Shown in pieces: positions 28,937 through 38,794 of a DNA stretch of 64,000 nt; position 1 is the first letter of the stretch, and the number at the start of each line of letters is the position of its first letter. Source of the stretch: Bacteroidales bacterium (GTDB lineage Bacteria > Bacteroidota > Bacteroidia > Bacteroidales > UBA12481); assembly GCA_041658425.1 (NCBI GenBank), contig JBBAAF010000001.1:115821-179820 (forward strand), in the 5' to 3' direction. Below the pieces are notes generated by a model. It saw nothing but the letters and a program-made list of their open reading frames with translations, was not told the origin of the DNA and searched no databases. A program made the translations under genes and the position numbers.

Positions 28937-30181
28937 TTATCTGATCAGGGTTAGAAAACCATAATAGACTTTATCGTTGACTTTCCCCTTATAAACCTTA
29001 TCATCATAGCCGGTTGCCGAGATGATATAATAGTAAGTTCCGGAAGGTGCAGGCTGGCCATCATTCATATATTTGCCGTTCCATCCTTTCTCGAGCGTTT
29101 TGGGGTCGGTCCATTCATAAACGACTCGTCCCCAGCGGTTCATGATCCTGCCTGAGAAACTTCTTAAGGAGAGTGCCTTTACCTGGAAATAGTCATTGGC
29201 ACCATCTTCATTCGGAGTAAAAACGTTGGGAATTTCTAAAAGGGAAGAGTCCACGCGTATATAATCTTCAGAAGTAAAAACATTACGGCACTGAAGATAT
29301 TTCGCGACAACGCGGCTGGTATATTCACCCGGGCGCTCCAGGGAGAATTTTTTTTCAGTAGTGGTCAGAAGATTCGATGTATCGGTATTCTCGTAAAACT
29401 CCCAATCATAAGTAATGCTGGCCTCAGAACCTCCATTGGAAGCAGAATCAACCACCATGGAAACTTCAAGAGGAGCCTCTCCGTTTTTCGGAGTCACGGT
29501 AAAGGAAGCATAAACACCATATAAGGTGAGGGTGGTGTCATGATAACAACCAAAATTATCAATAACCCTGAAGATATAATTCAGATTACCCTTATTGAGC
29601 GGTGGCCTAATTTTTGCTAATCCTTTACGATCAGATTGAATTCCAATCCCATCCCAAGTATAATCGGTATCCGAAAAGGTATTTGTAAATTGAAAGCTGT
29701 CCTTTGTCCAGGGAATGGAGGTAACAAAACCAGTTAATCCAATTCCATTGCCGCTGCAAATCGAAGTTTGATCAGAACGGGTCCCCGAAAAAGAAGGGCG
29801 CATTCCAATGAAAACATTCATTTCGGGTACATTTTTAGCGGCTGGTCCTCCTGTTCTGCTTGTGACATAGAGCCGAATGGTATAGTGACCGCCTTCGGGA
29901 TATGAAAATGTAACGTTCTGACCGGTCCGGACCAGACCGTTATAACCGAAATCCCAGGTGAATGTCACCTGGTTTGGATCAAAGGAAGAAAAATCTGCAT
30001 TAAGTCCTTCGGCCATAAATACAATACTTTTACCCGGGCAGGATTTCAGCGTATCGACTGCAGGCTGTTTGATCCTGACGGTATAATCACCTTCCTGGGC
30101 CATAAGTACAACAGGCAGGAGGAATGTAAAAAAGAAAGCGGCCATCGGGCCTGTCTGAGAAAACAAACGGTATTTCATCAA
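28937..30181 (-). CDS. T9SS cargo protein with PKD/Ig-like repeats and a type-B C-terminal sorting domain
   Basis: 414 aa with a signal peptide. The C-terminal IPNVFTPNEDGANDYF ... GTYYYII ... GFLTLIR is the signature of the gliding-motility-associated, type-B T9SS C-terminal domain. Confidence 0.8.
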   Translation of the reverse strand: MMKYRLFSQTGPMAAFFFTFLLPVVLMAQEGDYTVRIKQPAVDTLKSCPGKSIVFMAEGLNADFSSFDPNQVTFTWDFGYNGLVRTGQNVTFSYPEGGHYTIRLYVTSRTGGPAAKNVPEMNVFIGMRPSFSGTRSDQTSICSGNGIGLTGFVTSIPWTKDSFQFTNTFSDTDYTWDGIGIQSDRKGLAKIRPPLNKGNLNYIFRVIDNFGCYHDTTLTLYGVYASFTVTPKNGEAPLEVSMVVDSASNGGSEASITYDWEFYENTDTSNLLTTTEKKFSLERPGEYTSRVVAKYLQCRNVFTSEDYIRVDSSLLEIPNVFTPNEDGANDYFQVKALSLRSFSGRIMNRWGRVVYEWTDPKTLEKGWNGKYMNDGQPAPSGTYYYIISATGYDDKVYKGKVNDKVYYGFLTLIR

Positions 30182-30272
30182 TATCAGCGCTTACTGTTAA
30201 TGAGTTACAATATTAGTAAATCTTAGCCAGAATTCGTCACCTTTTGATCATGCCTGAATATGCGACAATTGT

Positions 30273-30280
30273 TATTTTTG
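30273..30280 (+). promoter_or_regulatory. Candidate -7 promoter box for uvrD
   Basis: TATTTTTG matches TAnnTTTG. It lies about 68 nt upstream of the GTG start at 30348. Confidence 0.3.
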
Positions 30281-30347
30281 GCGTACTTTCCGGAGCTACA
30301 ACCACTAACGTTAAATTGAACATTTCCGTATTCATAAAGATTTAAAA

Positions 30348-32645
30348 GTGAACAATATTCTTAAAGACTTAAACCCAATTCAACAGGAAGCCGTTGTGCA
30401 AACGGATGGTCCGGTGCTTGTTATTGCCGGAGCCGGGTCGGGAAAAACCCGGGTACTTACCTTTAAAATAGCCTGGCTTCTGGATCAGGGTATTCATGCC
30501 CGGAATATTCTTTCGCTCACTTTTACCAACAAGGCAGCCAGGGAAATGAGAGACCGGATCGAAGAACTGATGCAGCCGGATGTTACCCGTGCCCTTTGGA
30601 TGGGGACCTTTCATTCACTTTTTGCCCGTATCCTCCGAAGAGAATGCCAGGCCATCGGATATAGCCAGAATTTCACGATTTATGATAGTGATGACACGAA
30701 AAGTTTAATCAGAAGTGTTTTGCATGACCTGAAACTGGATGACGACATTTATCCGGTTGGCGAAGTACTTCGGAGGATCTCTTCGGCTAAGAATCAGCTA
30801 ATCACCCCGGAAAGCTATCAATCAAGAAGCGAATGGATAGCCGCAGATGAATCAGCCCGGCGGCCCGAGATGTCTAATATATATATTACCTATGCGAGGC
30901 GGTGCCGGAATGCCGGAGCGATGGATTTTGATGATCTGTTGCTGAACGCATTCCTGCTATTTCAGAACAATCCGGAGATTCTAAAGCGTTACCAGGATCA
31001 GTTTCGGTATATACTCGTGGATGAATATCAGGATACGAATTACGCACAATATTCAATAGTTAACCTGCTTGCCCGTACCCATCGGAATATCTGCGTGGTT
31101 GGCGATGATTCTCAGAGCATTTACTCTTTCCGCGGAGCCAGGATTGAAAATATCCTGAATTTCAGAAATGATTATCCGGAATACAAAATTTTCAAGCTCG
31201 AACAGAACTATCGGTCGACTCAGACTATCGTTGAAGCTGCCAATAGTTTAATCCTGAAAAATCAGAGCCGTATTCCGAAAACCATCTGGTCGGCAAATGA
31301 GACCGGTGAACTGGTTGAAGTGGCTCAATCGCTGACTGATCAGGAGGAAGGGTTTTTTATTTCCAACCGCATTCTGGATACTCATTTGCGAGAACAAGCT
31401 GATTTTAAAGAATTTGCCGTATTATACCGGACTCATGCCCAATCACGGATTATTGAAGAAGCGTGCAGGAAACAGAATATCCCCTATAAGATATATGGAA
31501 GTATTTCATTTTATCAGCGGAAGGAGATCAAGGATATCCTGGCCTATTTCAGGCTGATTCTGAACCACCGTGATGATGAATCTTTAAAAAGGATCATTAA
31601 TTATCCGGCCAGGGGCATCGGTAAAACGACACTCGACCGCCTGAGTGAAGCCGCTTTGCAAACCCAATGCCCGATTTGGTTTGTGCTGGGAGATCCCGCC
31701 GCGTATGTCCCTCAATTTAATAAAGGTACTGCCGAAAAACTTTTGCAGTTCAGGCGTCTTATCGAAGAATTCTCATCAATTGCGGATACCGTTGATGCTT
31801 ATGAATTAGCCATGCGTGTTATGCAGGGAACCGGCATCCTCGGGGAATATCGTTTTGATCGCACACCCGAGGGACTCAGTAAATTTGAGAATATCGGGCA
31901 GTTGATCAACGGTATCAAAGAATTTGTTGATCAGGGGAATCAGGAAGGTGAAGATGCCAGTTTCAGTGGTATGGATTTTTTCCTGCAGAATGTTTCCCTG
32001 ATGACCGATCAGGATAATGAAAAACCGGAAGACCGCAACAAGGTAAGTTTGATGACCATTCATTCTGCCAAAGGCCTTGAGTTTGGTTATGTTTTCATCG
32101 CCGGTGTTGAAGAGGAGCTATTCCCATCACAATTTTCGAATGGTTCCGCAAAAGAGATTGAGGAAGAGCGCAGACTGTTTTATGTAGCTATCACACGAGC
32201 TATGAAGCGTGTAATTATTACACTGGCCAAAACCCGGTATCGGTGGGGAAGTTTGATTGATTGCCGGCCAAGCAGGTTTATCCGGGAGATTGATCCAAAA
32301 TTTCTGAAAGTTACTGGTGGTAATCAAAGAAATATCAGCGGGCGAAACATGGAAGAAGAGGACGAGGAAATTGAAGCTCCGGGAAGAAATCGTCCACCAG
32401 CCAGGAGGATTATTCCTGTCAGCAATAAACCTGGTCCCAGGCCACCGGTTGATGAGAATTTTGAACCGGATGATCCCGCCGCTATACAGTCGGGTATGAC
32501 GGTAACTCATCCTCGCTTTGGAAACGGAAAAGTTCTGCAGATTGAAGGAGAAGGAAATAACCGCATGGCCACCGTGTTTTTTAAAGATACAGGCAACAAG
32601 CAACTGCTTCTAAAATTTGCACGCTTGAAAATTATTAAGACCTGA
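30348..32645 (+). CDS. uvrD: UvrD/PcrA/Rep-family ATP-dependent DNA helicase
   Basis: 765 aa with a GTG start. Helicase motifs AGAGSGKT, DEYQDT, VGDDSQSIYSFRGA, TIHSAKGLEF and LFYVAITRA are present. Confidence 0.9.
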   Translation: MNNILKDLNPIQQEAVVQTDGPVLVIAGAGSGKTRVLTFKIAWLLDQGIHARNILSLTFTNKAAREMRDRIEELMQPDVTRALWMGTFHSLFARILRRECQAIGYSQNFTIYDSDDTKSLIRSVLHDLKLDDDIYPVGEVLRRISSAKNQLITPESYQSRSEWIAADESARRPEMSNIYITYARRCRNAGAMDFDDLLLNAFLLFQNNPEILKRYQDQFRYILVDEYQDTNYAQYSIVNLLARTHRNICVVGDDSQSIYSFRGARIENILNFRNDYPEYKIFKLEQNYRSTQTIVEAANSLILKNQSRIPKTIWSANETGELVEVAQSLTDQEEGFFISNRILDTHLREQADFKEFAVLYRTHAQSRIIEEACRKQNIPYKIYGSISFYQRKEIKDILAYFRLILNHRDDESLKRIINYPARGIGKTTLDRLSEAALQTQCPIWFVLGDPAAYVPQFNKGTAEKLLQFRRLIEEFSSIADTVDAYELAMRVMQGTGILGEYRFDRTPEGLSKFENIGQLINGIKEFVDQGNQEGEDASFSGMDFFLQNVSLMTDQDNEKPEDRNKVSLMTIHSAKGLEFGYVFIAGVEEELFPSQFSNGSAKEIEEERRLFYVAITRAMKRVIITLAKTRYRWGSLIDCRPSRFIREIDPKFLKVTGGNQRNISGRNMEEEDEEIEAPGRNRPPARRIIPVSNKPGPRPPVDENFEPDDPAAIQSGMTVTHPRFGNGKVLQIEGEGNNRMATVFFKDTGNKQLLLKFARLKIIKT

Positions 32646-32661
32646 AGTGTGAAAAAATCCC

Positions 32662-32669
32662 TACCTTTG
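32662..32669 (+). promoter_or_regulatory. Candidate -7 promoter box for DUF4290-murA
   Basis: TACCTTTG matches TAnnTTTG. It lies 20 nt upstream of the ATG at 32690. Confidence 0.45.
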
Positions 32670-32689
32670 TCCCATTCAAGGTAAAATCA

Positions 32690-33307
32690 ATGGAATACAG
32701 CAAAAAAGAGAAACGGCTAAGGATGCCGGAATACGGGCGTATCGTGCAAAATATGGTTGATCATGCAGTACATATTCCAGACAGGGCCGAGCGAAATGCC
32801 GCAATTCAGATCATTATTGATGTGATGGGGAATATCAACCCAACCCTGCGGGACAACCGCGATTACAAGCATAAACTGTGGGATCACCTGCATCTTATTG
32901 CTGATTTTCAACTGGATATTGATAGTCCGTTTGAGGTGCCTTCGATGGACCATTTCCTCGGAAAGCCAGGCAGGGTTCCCTATCCGGTATCCAAGATAAA
33001 GTTTCGTCATTATGGCAAGATTGCCGAACTGTTAATCGAAAAAGCACTTCTGATTACCGATGAGGAGAAGAAATTTGAATACACCCGGCAGATTGCCAAT
33101 CATATGAAAATCTCCTACTTAACCTGGAATAAAGATAATGTTACGGATGAAATCATCCTGATTGCCCTTCGGGAGTTATCGCGCGACAGGCTGACTCTTC
33201 CAACCGGAACCGTTTTGGCTGAGGTCAAAGATTTGCCCCCGAAATCGGTAGTCACAAAGAAAAGGTTTCCGCAGAAGCAAAATCACACTTTTAAGAAACG
33301 GTACTAA
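32690..33307 (+). CDS. DUF4290-family protein
   Basis: 205 aa. The start KEKRLRMPEYGRIVQNMVDHA and the position directly upstream of murA fit my recollection of the Bacteroidota DUF4290 family. This is recalled, not searched. Confidence 0.6.
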   Translation: MEYSKKEKRLRMPEYGRIVQNMVDHAVHIPDRAERNAAIQIIIDVMGNINPTLRDNRDYKHKLWDHLHLIADFQLDIDSPFEVPSMDHFLGKPGRVPYPVSKIKFRHYGKIAELLIEKALLITDEEKKFEYTRQIANHMKISYLTWNKDNVTDEIILIALRELSRDRLTLPTGTVLAEVKDLPPKSVVTKKRFPQKQNHTFKKRY

Positions 33308-33320
33308 AATCGGACAAACC

Positions 33321-34625
33321 ATGGCTGCTTTCGAGATCACAGGTGGCCGTCCGCTCAAAGGTGAGCTGACGCCGCAAGGGGCCAAGAATGAAGCTTTACA
33401 GGTAATTTGTGCCACTTTACTGACCAGGGAATCGGTAGTCATCCGGAATATTCCAGAAATCCTTGATGTTCAAAATCTTATCAGATTATTGGCCGAAATA
33501 GGGGTTGAAACCAAACAAATCGATCCTACAACCTGGTCATTCCGTGCTGCTGAACTCGATATCAATTATCTTGAAAGCGACGAATTCCGCCAAATGGCCA
33601 CACGTCTGCGTGGTTCAGTTATGCTGGTGGGACCGCTGATTGCCAGATGCGGAAAGGCCTGCATGCCTCAGCCCGGGGGAGACAAAATTGGCAGGAGGAG
33701 GCTCGATACCCATTTCCATGGGCTTTCCAGATTGGGGGCACAAATTGATTATGATGCAGCGAAAGAACAATTTGTAATTACCGGAAAAAACATGAAGGGT
33801 GCCTTTATGCTTCTTGAGGAAGCATCAGTTACCGGTACCGCCAATGTTTTGATGGCTGCGGTACTGACTCCCGGTAAAACAACCATCTTCAATGCTGCCT
33901 GTGAACCCTATGTTCAGCAATTGTGTCTGATGCTTACCCGAATGGGGGCCAGAATCAACGGTATCGGATCAAATCTGTTAACTATTGAAGGAGTTGATCA
34001 GCTGACCGGCACTGATCATACCATCCTCCCTGATATGATCGAAATAGGAAGTTTTATAGGCCTGGCTGCACTTACTCGTTCGGAAATCACCATAAAACAA
34101 TATTTTCCGGAGCATCTGGGAATGATCCCCCATTCATTTGCCCGGCTGGGAATCCACTTTGAACAGCGGGGTAATGAATTATACATTCCATCGCAGGATC
34201 ATTATGAGATAGAGACGTTTATGGACGGATCGATCATGACAATAGCCGATGCTCCCTGGCCAGGACTAACACCCGACCTTCTGTCGGTTTTCCTGGTTGT
34301 AGCCACACAAGCGAGGGGTTCTTTACTGATTCATCAGAAAATGTTTGAAAGCCGGCTGTTTTTTGTCGATAAGCTTATTGATATGGGAGCCAGAATCATC
34401 CTCTGTGATCCTCATCGGGCTATTGTTATCGGCCTCGACAGGCATTTACCACTTCGCCCGGCCACTTTAATCTCTCCCGATATCAGGGCCGGAGTAGCTT
34501 TACTGATTGCGGCACTGAGTGCTGAAGGTACCAGTGTAATACATAATATTGAACAAATCGATCGTGGATATCAGGAAATTGACCTAAGGCTGAATGCAAT
34601 CGGGGCTTCCATCAGGAGAGTTTAA
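33321..34625 (+). CDS. murA: UDP-N-acetylglucosamine 1-carboxyvinyltransferase
   Basis: 434 aa. The start FEITGGRPLKGELTPQGAKNEAL matches MurA. The active-site loop reads PGGDKIGRRRLD, with Asp where E. coli has Cys115. Confidence 0.9.
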   Translation: MAAFEITGGRPLKGELTPQGAKNEALQVICATLLTRESVVIRNIPEILDVQNLIRLLAEIGVETKQIDPTTWSFRAAELDINYLESDEFRQMATRLRGSVMLVGPLIARCGKACMPQPGGDKIGRRRLDTHFHGLSRLGAQIDYDAAKEQFVITGKNMKGAFMLLEEASVTGTANVLMAAVLTPGKTTIFNAACEPYVQQLCLMLTRMGARINGIGSNLLTIEGVDQLTGTDHTILPDMIEIGSFIGLAALTRSEITIKQYFPEHLGMIPHSFARLGIHFEQRGNELYIPSQDHYEIETFMDGSIMTIADAPWPGLTPDLLSVFLVVATQARGSLLIHQKMFESRLFFVDKLIDMGARIILCDPHRAIVIGLDRHLPLRPATLISPDIRAGVALLIAALSAEGTSVIHNIEQIDRGYQEIDLRLNAIGASIRRV

Positions 34626-34726
34626 TCATTCCAGCCAACCTCTGCCATATTGTCGGACTTTTGAGTTGGCAAATAATTTGAGGTTGCCAGATCACTTATT
34701 AAATAATTTAAAGCCCATTTATACTT

Positions 34727-35311
34727 ATGGATCCAGATGACATGACTATGTCCGAAATTCCCGAACAACTTAAAGATCAGGAAATGGAGCAGGCCGAAGG
34801 GGCGGAATCCCCAAAGAGCGAAAGTGGTAAGAAAAAGAAGTTTGCTGTCGGCGGACATAAAAAAGAGTTCGAAGAGATGGCCAATAAACTCATCGAAATG
34901 AATGACAAGTATTTGCGTTTATCAGCTGAGTTCGACAATTACCGAAAGCGGACATTAAAAGAAAAAATGGATCTCACCAAAATGGGTGGAGAAACCGTAT
35001 TACTAAAAATACTGCCTGTAGTCGATAATCTTGAAAGGGCTATCCAATCGATTCGGGAAACGAGTGATATTGATGCAGTTAAACATGGCATTGAACTCAT
35101 TTATGTCAATTTTCGGGATTTCCTGAAACAGAATGGCATTGAGGAGATTGACTGTCTGAATCAGGATTTCAACAGCGATATTCACGAAGCGCTAACGAAG
35201 ATACCTGCCCCAAATCCTGAGCAAAAGGGTAAGGTGGTTGAAGTTATTGAGAAAGGTTACTACCTGCACGACCGTGTTATCCGGTTTGCCAGGGTAGTTG
35301 TAGGGGATTAA
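34727..35311 (+). CDS. grpE: Nucleotide exchange factor GrpE
   Basis: 194 aa. Contains YLRLSAEFDNYRKRT and ILPVVDNLERA. Confidence 0.9.
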   Translation: MDPDDMTMSEIPEQLKDQEMEQAEGAESPKSESGKKKKFAVGGHKKEFEEMANKLIEMNDKYLRLSAEFDNYRKRTLKEKMDLTKMGGETVLLKILPVVDNLERAIQSIRETSDIDAVKHGIELIYVNFRDFLKQNGIEEIDCLNQDFNSDIHEALTKIPAPNPEQKGKVVEVIEKGYYLHDRVIRFARVVVGD

Positions 35312-35329
35312 TGCCGGTAAACAGGAAAA

Positions 35330-36475
35330 ATGACAAAAAGAGATTATTACGAAATACTGGGCATTTCAAAGAATGCCTCTGCTGAAGAAATTAAGAAAGC
35401 CTATCGTCAGCAGGCAATGAAATGGCATCCGGATAAAAATCCCGGAAATAAGGACGCTGAAGAGAAATTCAAGGAAGCTGCCGAAGCTTATGAAGTTTTA
35501 TCCGATTCTGATAAAAAGGCCCGTTACGACCAATATGGGCATGCAGGATTGGGCAATGGAGGTGGAGGCTTTGGAGCAGGCGGGATGAATATGGACGACA
35601 TATTCTCCCATTTTGGTGACATTTTCAGTGATATGGGCTTTGGCGGGTTTGGCAGTTCTTCGAGGGGACGCCAGAAACAGGTAAATCGTGGAACCAACCT
35701 CCGCGTCAAGGTTAAGCTTACACTTGAAGAGATTGTTAAAAGTGCCGAGAAAAAGATCAAGGTAAATAAATATATACCTTGCAATTCGTGCAATTCTACC
35801 GGTGCAGCCAACGGGTCTTCCTATTCCACCTGCTCTACCTGCAATGGCCGGGGACAAGTTACCCGTGTTGCCCATACAATTCTGGGCCAGGTGCAGACCA
35901 GCTCGGTTTGTCCGGCCTGTGGCGGTGAAGGCAGGATCATTACCCAGAAATGCACATTTTGCTATGGCGAGGGAATTATTAAGGGTGAAGAGGTTATCAA
36001 AATCAATATCCCAGCCGGTGTTCAGGAGGGAATGCAACTATCGATGAGCGGAAAAGGAAATGCTGCCCGAAGAGGCGGGATTAACGGTGACCTGCTGATC
36101 ATGGTTGAAGAGGCCGAACACCCGGACCTGATCCGCGATGGCAACGACTTGGTATATAACTTATTCGTTTCTATTCCGGATGCTGCCCTGGGCTCAGCCG
36201 TTGAGATCCCTACCGTAGATGGTAAAGTGAAGGTAAAGATCGAACCCGGAACCCAACCAGGTAAAATATTGAGGCTTAGAGGAAAAGGGATACCCGACCT
36301 CAACGGTTATGGCAAAGGCGACCTTCTGGTGAGGATCAATGTCTGGATTCCAAAAACGATGTCGAAAGAGGAGCGGCGAATTGTTGAGGAACTTGGTAAA
36401 TCTTCTAATTTTACTCCAAACCCTACGAGTGCTGAGAAAAATGTATTTCGCCGGATGAAGCAAATGTTCGATTGA
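35330..36475 (+). CDS. dnaJ: Molecular chaperone DnaJ
   Basis: 381 aa. J domain with HPDKN, a G/F-rich linker, and four CxxCxGxG zinc motifs ([32 protein letters not shown]). Confidence 0.95.
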   Translation: MTKRDYYEILGISKNASAEEIKKAYRQQAMKWHPDKNPGNKDAEEKFKEAAEAYEVLSDSDKKARYDQYGHAGLGNGGGGFGAGGMNMDDIFSHFGDIFSDMGFGGFGSSSRGRQKQVNRGTNLRVKVKLTLEEIVKSAEKKIKVNKYIPCNSCNSTGAANGSSYSTCSTCNGRGQVTRVAHTILGQVQTSSVCPACGGEGRIITQKCTFCYGEGIIKGEEVIKINIPAGVQEGMQLSMSGKGNAARRGGINGDLLIMVEEAEHPDLIRDGNDLVYNLFVSIPDAALGSAVEIPTVDGKVKVKIEPGTQPGKILRLRGKGIPDLNGYGKGDLLVRINVWIPKTMSKEERRIVEELGKSSNFTPNPTSAEKNVFRRMKQMFD

Positions 36476-36508
36476 ACACTTAAAATAAAAGTCACAAATT
36501 TAAAGCCT

Positions 36509-37438
36509 ATGAATAACTTTCTGACTGCCAGCAATGTAGTCAAACAATTTGCGAATCATCTGGCATTAGACAAGGTGAGTATTGATGTTCCCGAAGGGAG
36601 CATTTTCGGATTACTGGGTCCAAACGGAGCCGGGAAAACGACTCTGATCCGGATCATTACACAGATTACCGCCCCTGATGAGGGTGAAGTGCTGTTCCGT
36701 GGTAAAAAAATGACCATGGAAGATGTGTATCATATCGGGTATCTCCCGGAAGAACGGGGTTTGTACAAGAAAATGAAAGTAGGCGAACAGGCCCTCTACC
36801 TGGTTCAGCTGAAAGGAATGTCGAGGACAGACGGACTAAAAAAGCTTAAGTACTGGTTTGAGAAGTTCGAGATTCAATCCTGGTGGGATAAAAAGGTTGA
36901 AGAGCTTTCAAAAGGGATGGCACAAAAGGTTCAGTTCATTGTAACTGTTCTACATGACCCGAAATTGCTGATATTCGATGAACCTTTTACCGGATTTGAC
37001 CCTATCAATACCAACCTGGTAAAGAACGAAATTCTTCGACTCCGGGATAACGGCGCAACCATCGTCTTTTCTACCCATATCATGGCCTCTGTTGAGGAGA
37101 TTTGTGACCATATTGCCCTCATCAACAAAGGGAAGACTATCCTGGATGGTAATATTGATCAAATTAGGGCACGTTTTAAACCGGACACCTATGAATTGAA
37201 ATTTAAAGGAGATGCTCAAACCCTTCGGCGTGCACTTGATTCCGGGATTGAAATATTGGAAGAACCTACACGGGGAGATGTTGGCCACCTGATTCTTAAG
37301 CAGCAGCGCCGTATGCCGGTAAGGGAGATGGTTACGGCAATCAATTCTACGGTAGATATTATTTCATTCGAAGAGGTAATCCCAAGCATGAATGATATTT
37401 TCATTCGTGCGGTTGAGGGAACCAATCACCAACAATAA
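36509..37438 (+). CDS. ABC-2-type exporter ATP-binding protein
   Basis: 309 aa. Walker A GPNGAGKTT, signature LSKGMAQK, Walker B LLIFDEP. Confidence 0.85.
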   Translation: MNNFLTASNVVKQFANHLALDKVSIDVPEGSIFGLLGPNGAGKTTLIRIITQITAPDEGEVLFRGKKMTMEDVYHIGYLPEERGLYKKMKVGEQALYLVQLKGMSRTDGLKKLKYWFEKFEIQSWWDKKVEELSKGMAQKVQFIVTVLHDPKLLIFDEPFTGFDPINTNLVKNEILRLRDNGATIVFSTHIMASVEEICDHIALINKGKTILDGNIDQIRARFKPDTYELKFKGDAQTLRRALDSGIEILEEPTRGDVGHLILKQQRRMPVREMVTAINSTVDIISFEEVIPSMNDIFIRAVEGTNHQQ

Positions 37439-37456
37439 CCTCAAAAACTGAAAACC

Positions 37457-38794
37457 ATGAATAAAATCAACCTCATAATTCAGCGCGAATATACTACCCG
37501 TGTCAAGAAGAAATCATTTATTATCATGACCCTTCTGACTCCTGTACTTTTGGCCGCACTGATCTTTATCCCTGGCTATCTGGTCACTAAAGAAGATAAT
37601 CAGACCAAGGTAATTGCAGTAATCGATAAGACCAATATCACACAGGGAGCAATACCCCAGACTGATTATATGAAATTTGAGTATGTCACCGGGGCGGAAG
37701 TTGAAACCATTAAGAACAATTTTGACAAAAGCGGTTATTATGCCATCCTGTATATACCGGAGAATGTGCTGGTATCAAGCAAAGTGCAGCTCTATTCGAA
37801 CCAGCAAACCACAGTTGGAGTTAATGAACATATTGTCAAGGCTTTAGACGGATTTTTTACAAATATAAAGCTCAAGAATGAAAATGTTCCACTGGATATC
37901 ATGCAACGGATTGCTACCAATATCAACGTAGATACTATCCAATGGACCAGCACGGGCGAAGAAAAATCCGGATCAGCAGAAATAGTGCTGTTTATCGGAT
38001 ATATATCAGGTTTCCTGATGTATATGTTTATTTTCATGTTCGGCGCCCAAGTGATGCGCGGGGTGATGGAAGAAAAATCCAACCGGATCGTGGAAGTTAT
38101 CATATCTTCAATCAAGCCTTTTCAGTTGATGATGGGTAAAGTTGTAGGAATTGCCCTCGTGGGATTAACTCAGTTCGTAATCTGGATTGCGCTGACGTTT
38201 GGGATTTTTTACGGTACCAAGTATGTACTTCTGGAGAAATCGGACAGTAAACCAACTACATCGGTCACCGCAAATATTATGGAAAAGGGAAATACCGGAA
38301 TGGCACAGGCAGCCAACACCGGCAAATATGAAGAGATGTTCAAGGAGATATCCGGAAAATTCTCAGCTGTTAATTTCCCGCTGATCATCGGTTGTTTCCT
38401 GTTTTTCTTCATCGGTGGTTACCTGCTGTATGCATCCCTGTTTGCTTCGGTGGGATCAGCCGTCGATAATGATACTGATACGCAGCAATTTATGCTTCCA
38501 ATCACCATACCCATTCTGCTAGGGTTATTTGTCATGATGAATGCCATGCAATCCCCAAACAGCAGTATAGCTGTCATTTTCTCGCTGATACCCCTTACCT
38601 CCCCAATTGTTATGATGGCGCGGGTTCCCTATGGAGTCCCCTACTGGCAGCTCGGACTCTCCGCATTTCTTCTGATCATCACTTTCATGGGAACCATCTG
38701 GATGGCCGGGAAGATTTACCGGACCGGGATTCTTATGTACGGGAAAAAAGTAAATTACAGAGAACTTTGGAAGTGGCTAAAGTATAAAAACTGA
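37457..38794 (+). CDS. ABC-2-type exporter permease (NatB-like topology)
   Basis: 445 aa. One N-terminal TM helix, then an extracytoplasmic region of about 130 aa, then a cluster of TM helices. It directly follows the ATPase gene. Confidence 0.75.
   Translation: MNKINLIIQREYTTRVKKKSFIIMTLLTPVLLAALIFIPGYLVTKEDNQTKVIAVIDKTNITQGAIPQTDYMKFEYVTGAEVETIKNNFDKSGYYAILYIPENVLVSSKVQLYSNQQTTVGVNEHIVKALDGFFTNIKLKNENVPLDIMQRIATNINVDTIQWTSTGEEKSGSAEIVLFIGYISGFLMYMFIFMFGAQVMRGVMEEKSNRIVEVIISSIKPFQLMMGKVVGIALVGLTQFVIWIALTFGIFYGTKYVLLEKSDSKPTTSVTANIMEKGNTGMAQAANTGKYEEMFKEISGKFSAVNFPLIIGCFLFFFIGGYLLYASLFASVGSAVDNDTDTQQFMLPITIPILLGLFVMMNAMQSPNSSIAVIFSLIPLTSPIVMMARVPYGVPYWQLGLSAFLLIITFMGTIWMAGKIYRTGILMYGKKVNYRELWKWLKYKN

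Noticed and set aside
23129-30181. Is the 23-30 kb accessory block a mobile or genomic island?
   Set aside because: There is no integrase, transposase, flanking tRNA or direct repeats at its borders. Only the change in gene content suggests accessory status.
30249-30344. 31-codon ORF (MPEYATIVIFGVLSG...) upstream of uvrD
   Set aside because: There is no compositional signature, no associated alternative RNA structure, and no way to support it from sequence alone.
34665-34690. Possible sigma-54 promoter (TTGGCA ... TTGC) upstream of grpE
   Set aside because: The spacing between the GG and GC elements is about 18 nt instead of the required 12-nt register. It does not fit the -24/-12 consensus.
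34622-34858. 78-aa minus-strand ORF overlapping the murA stop and the grpE start
   Set aside because: It has no recognisable features and overlaps two well-supported genes, so it is most likely spurious.
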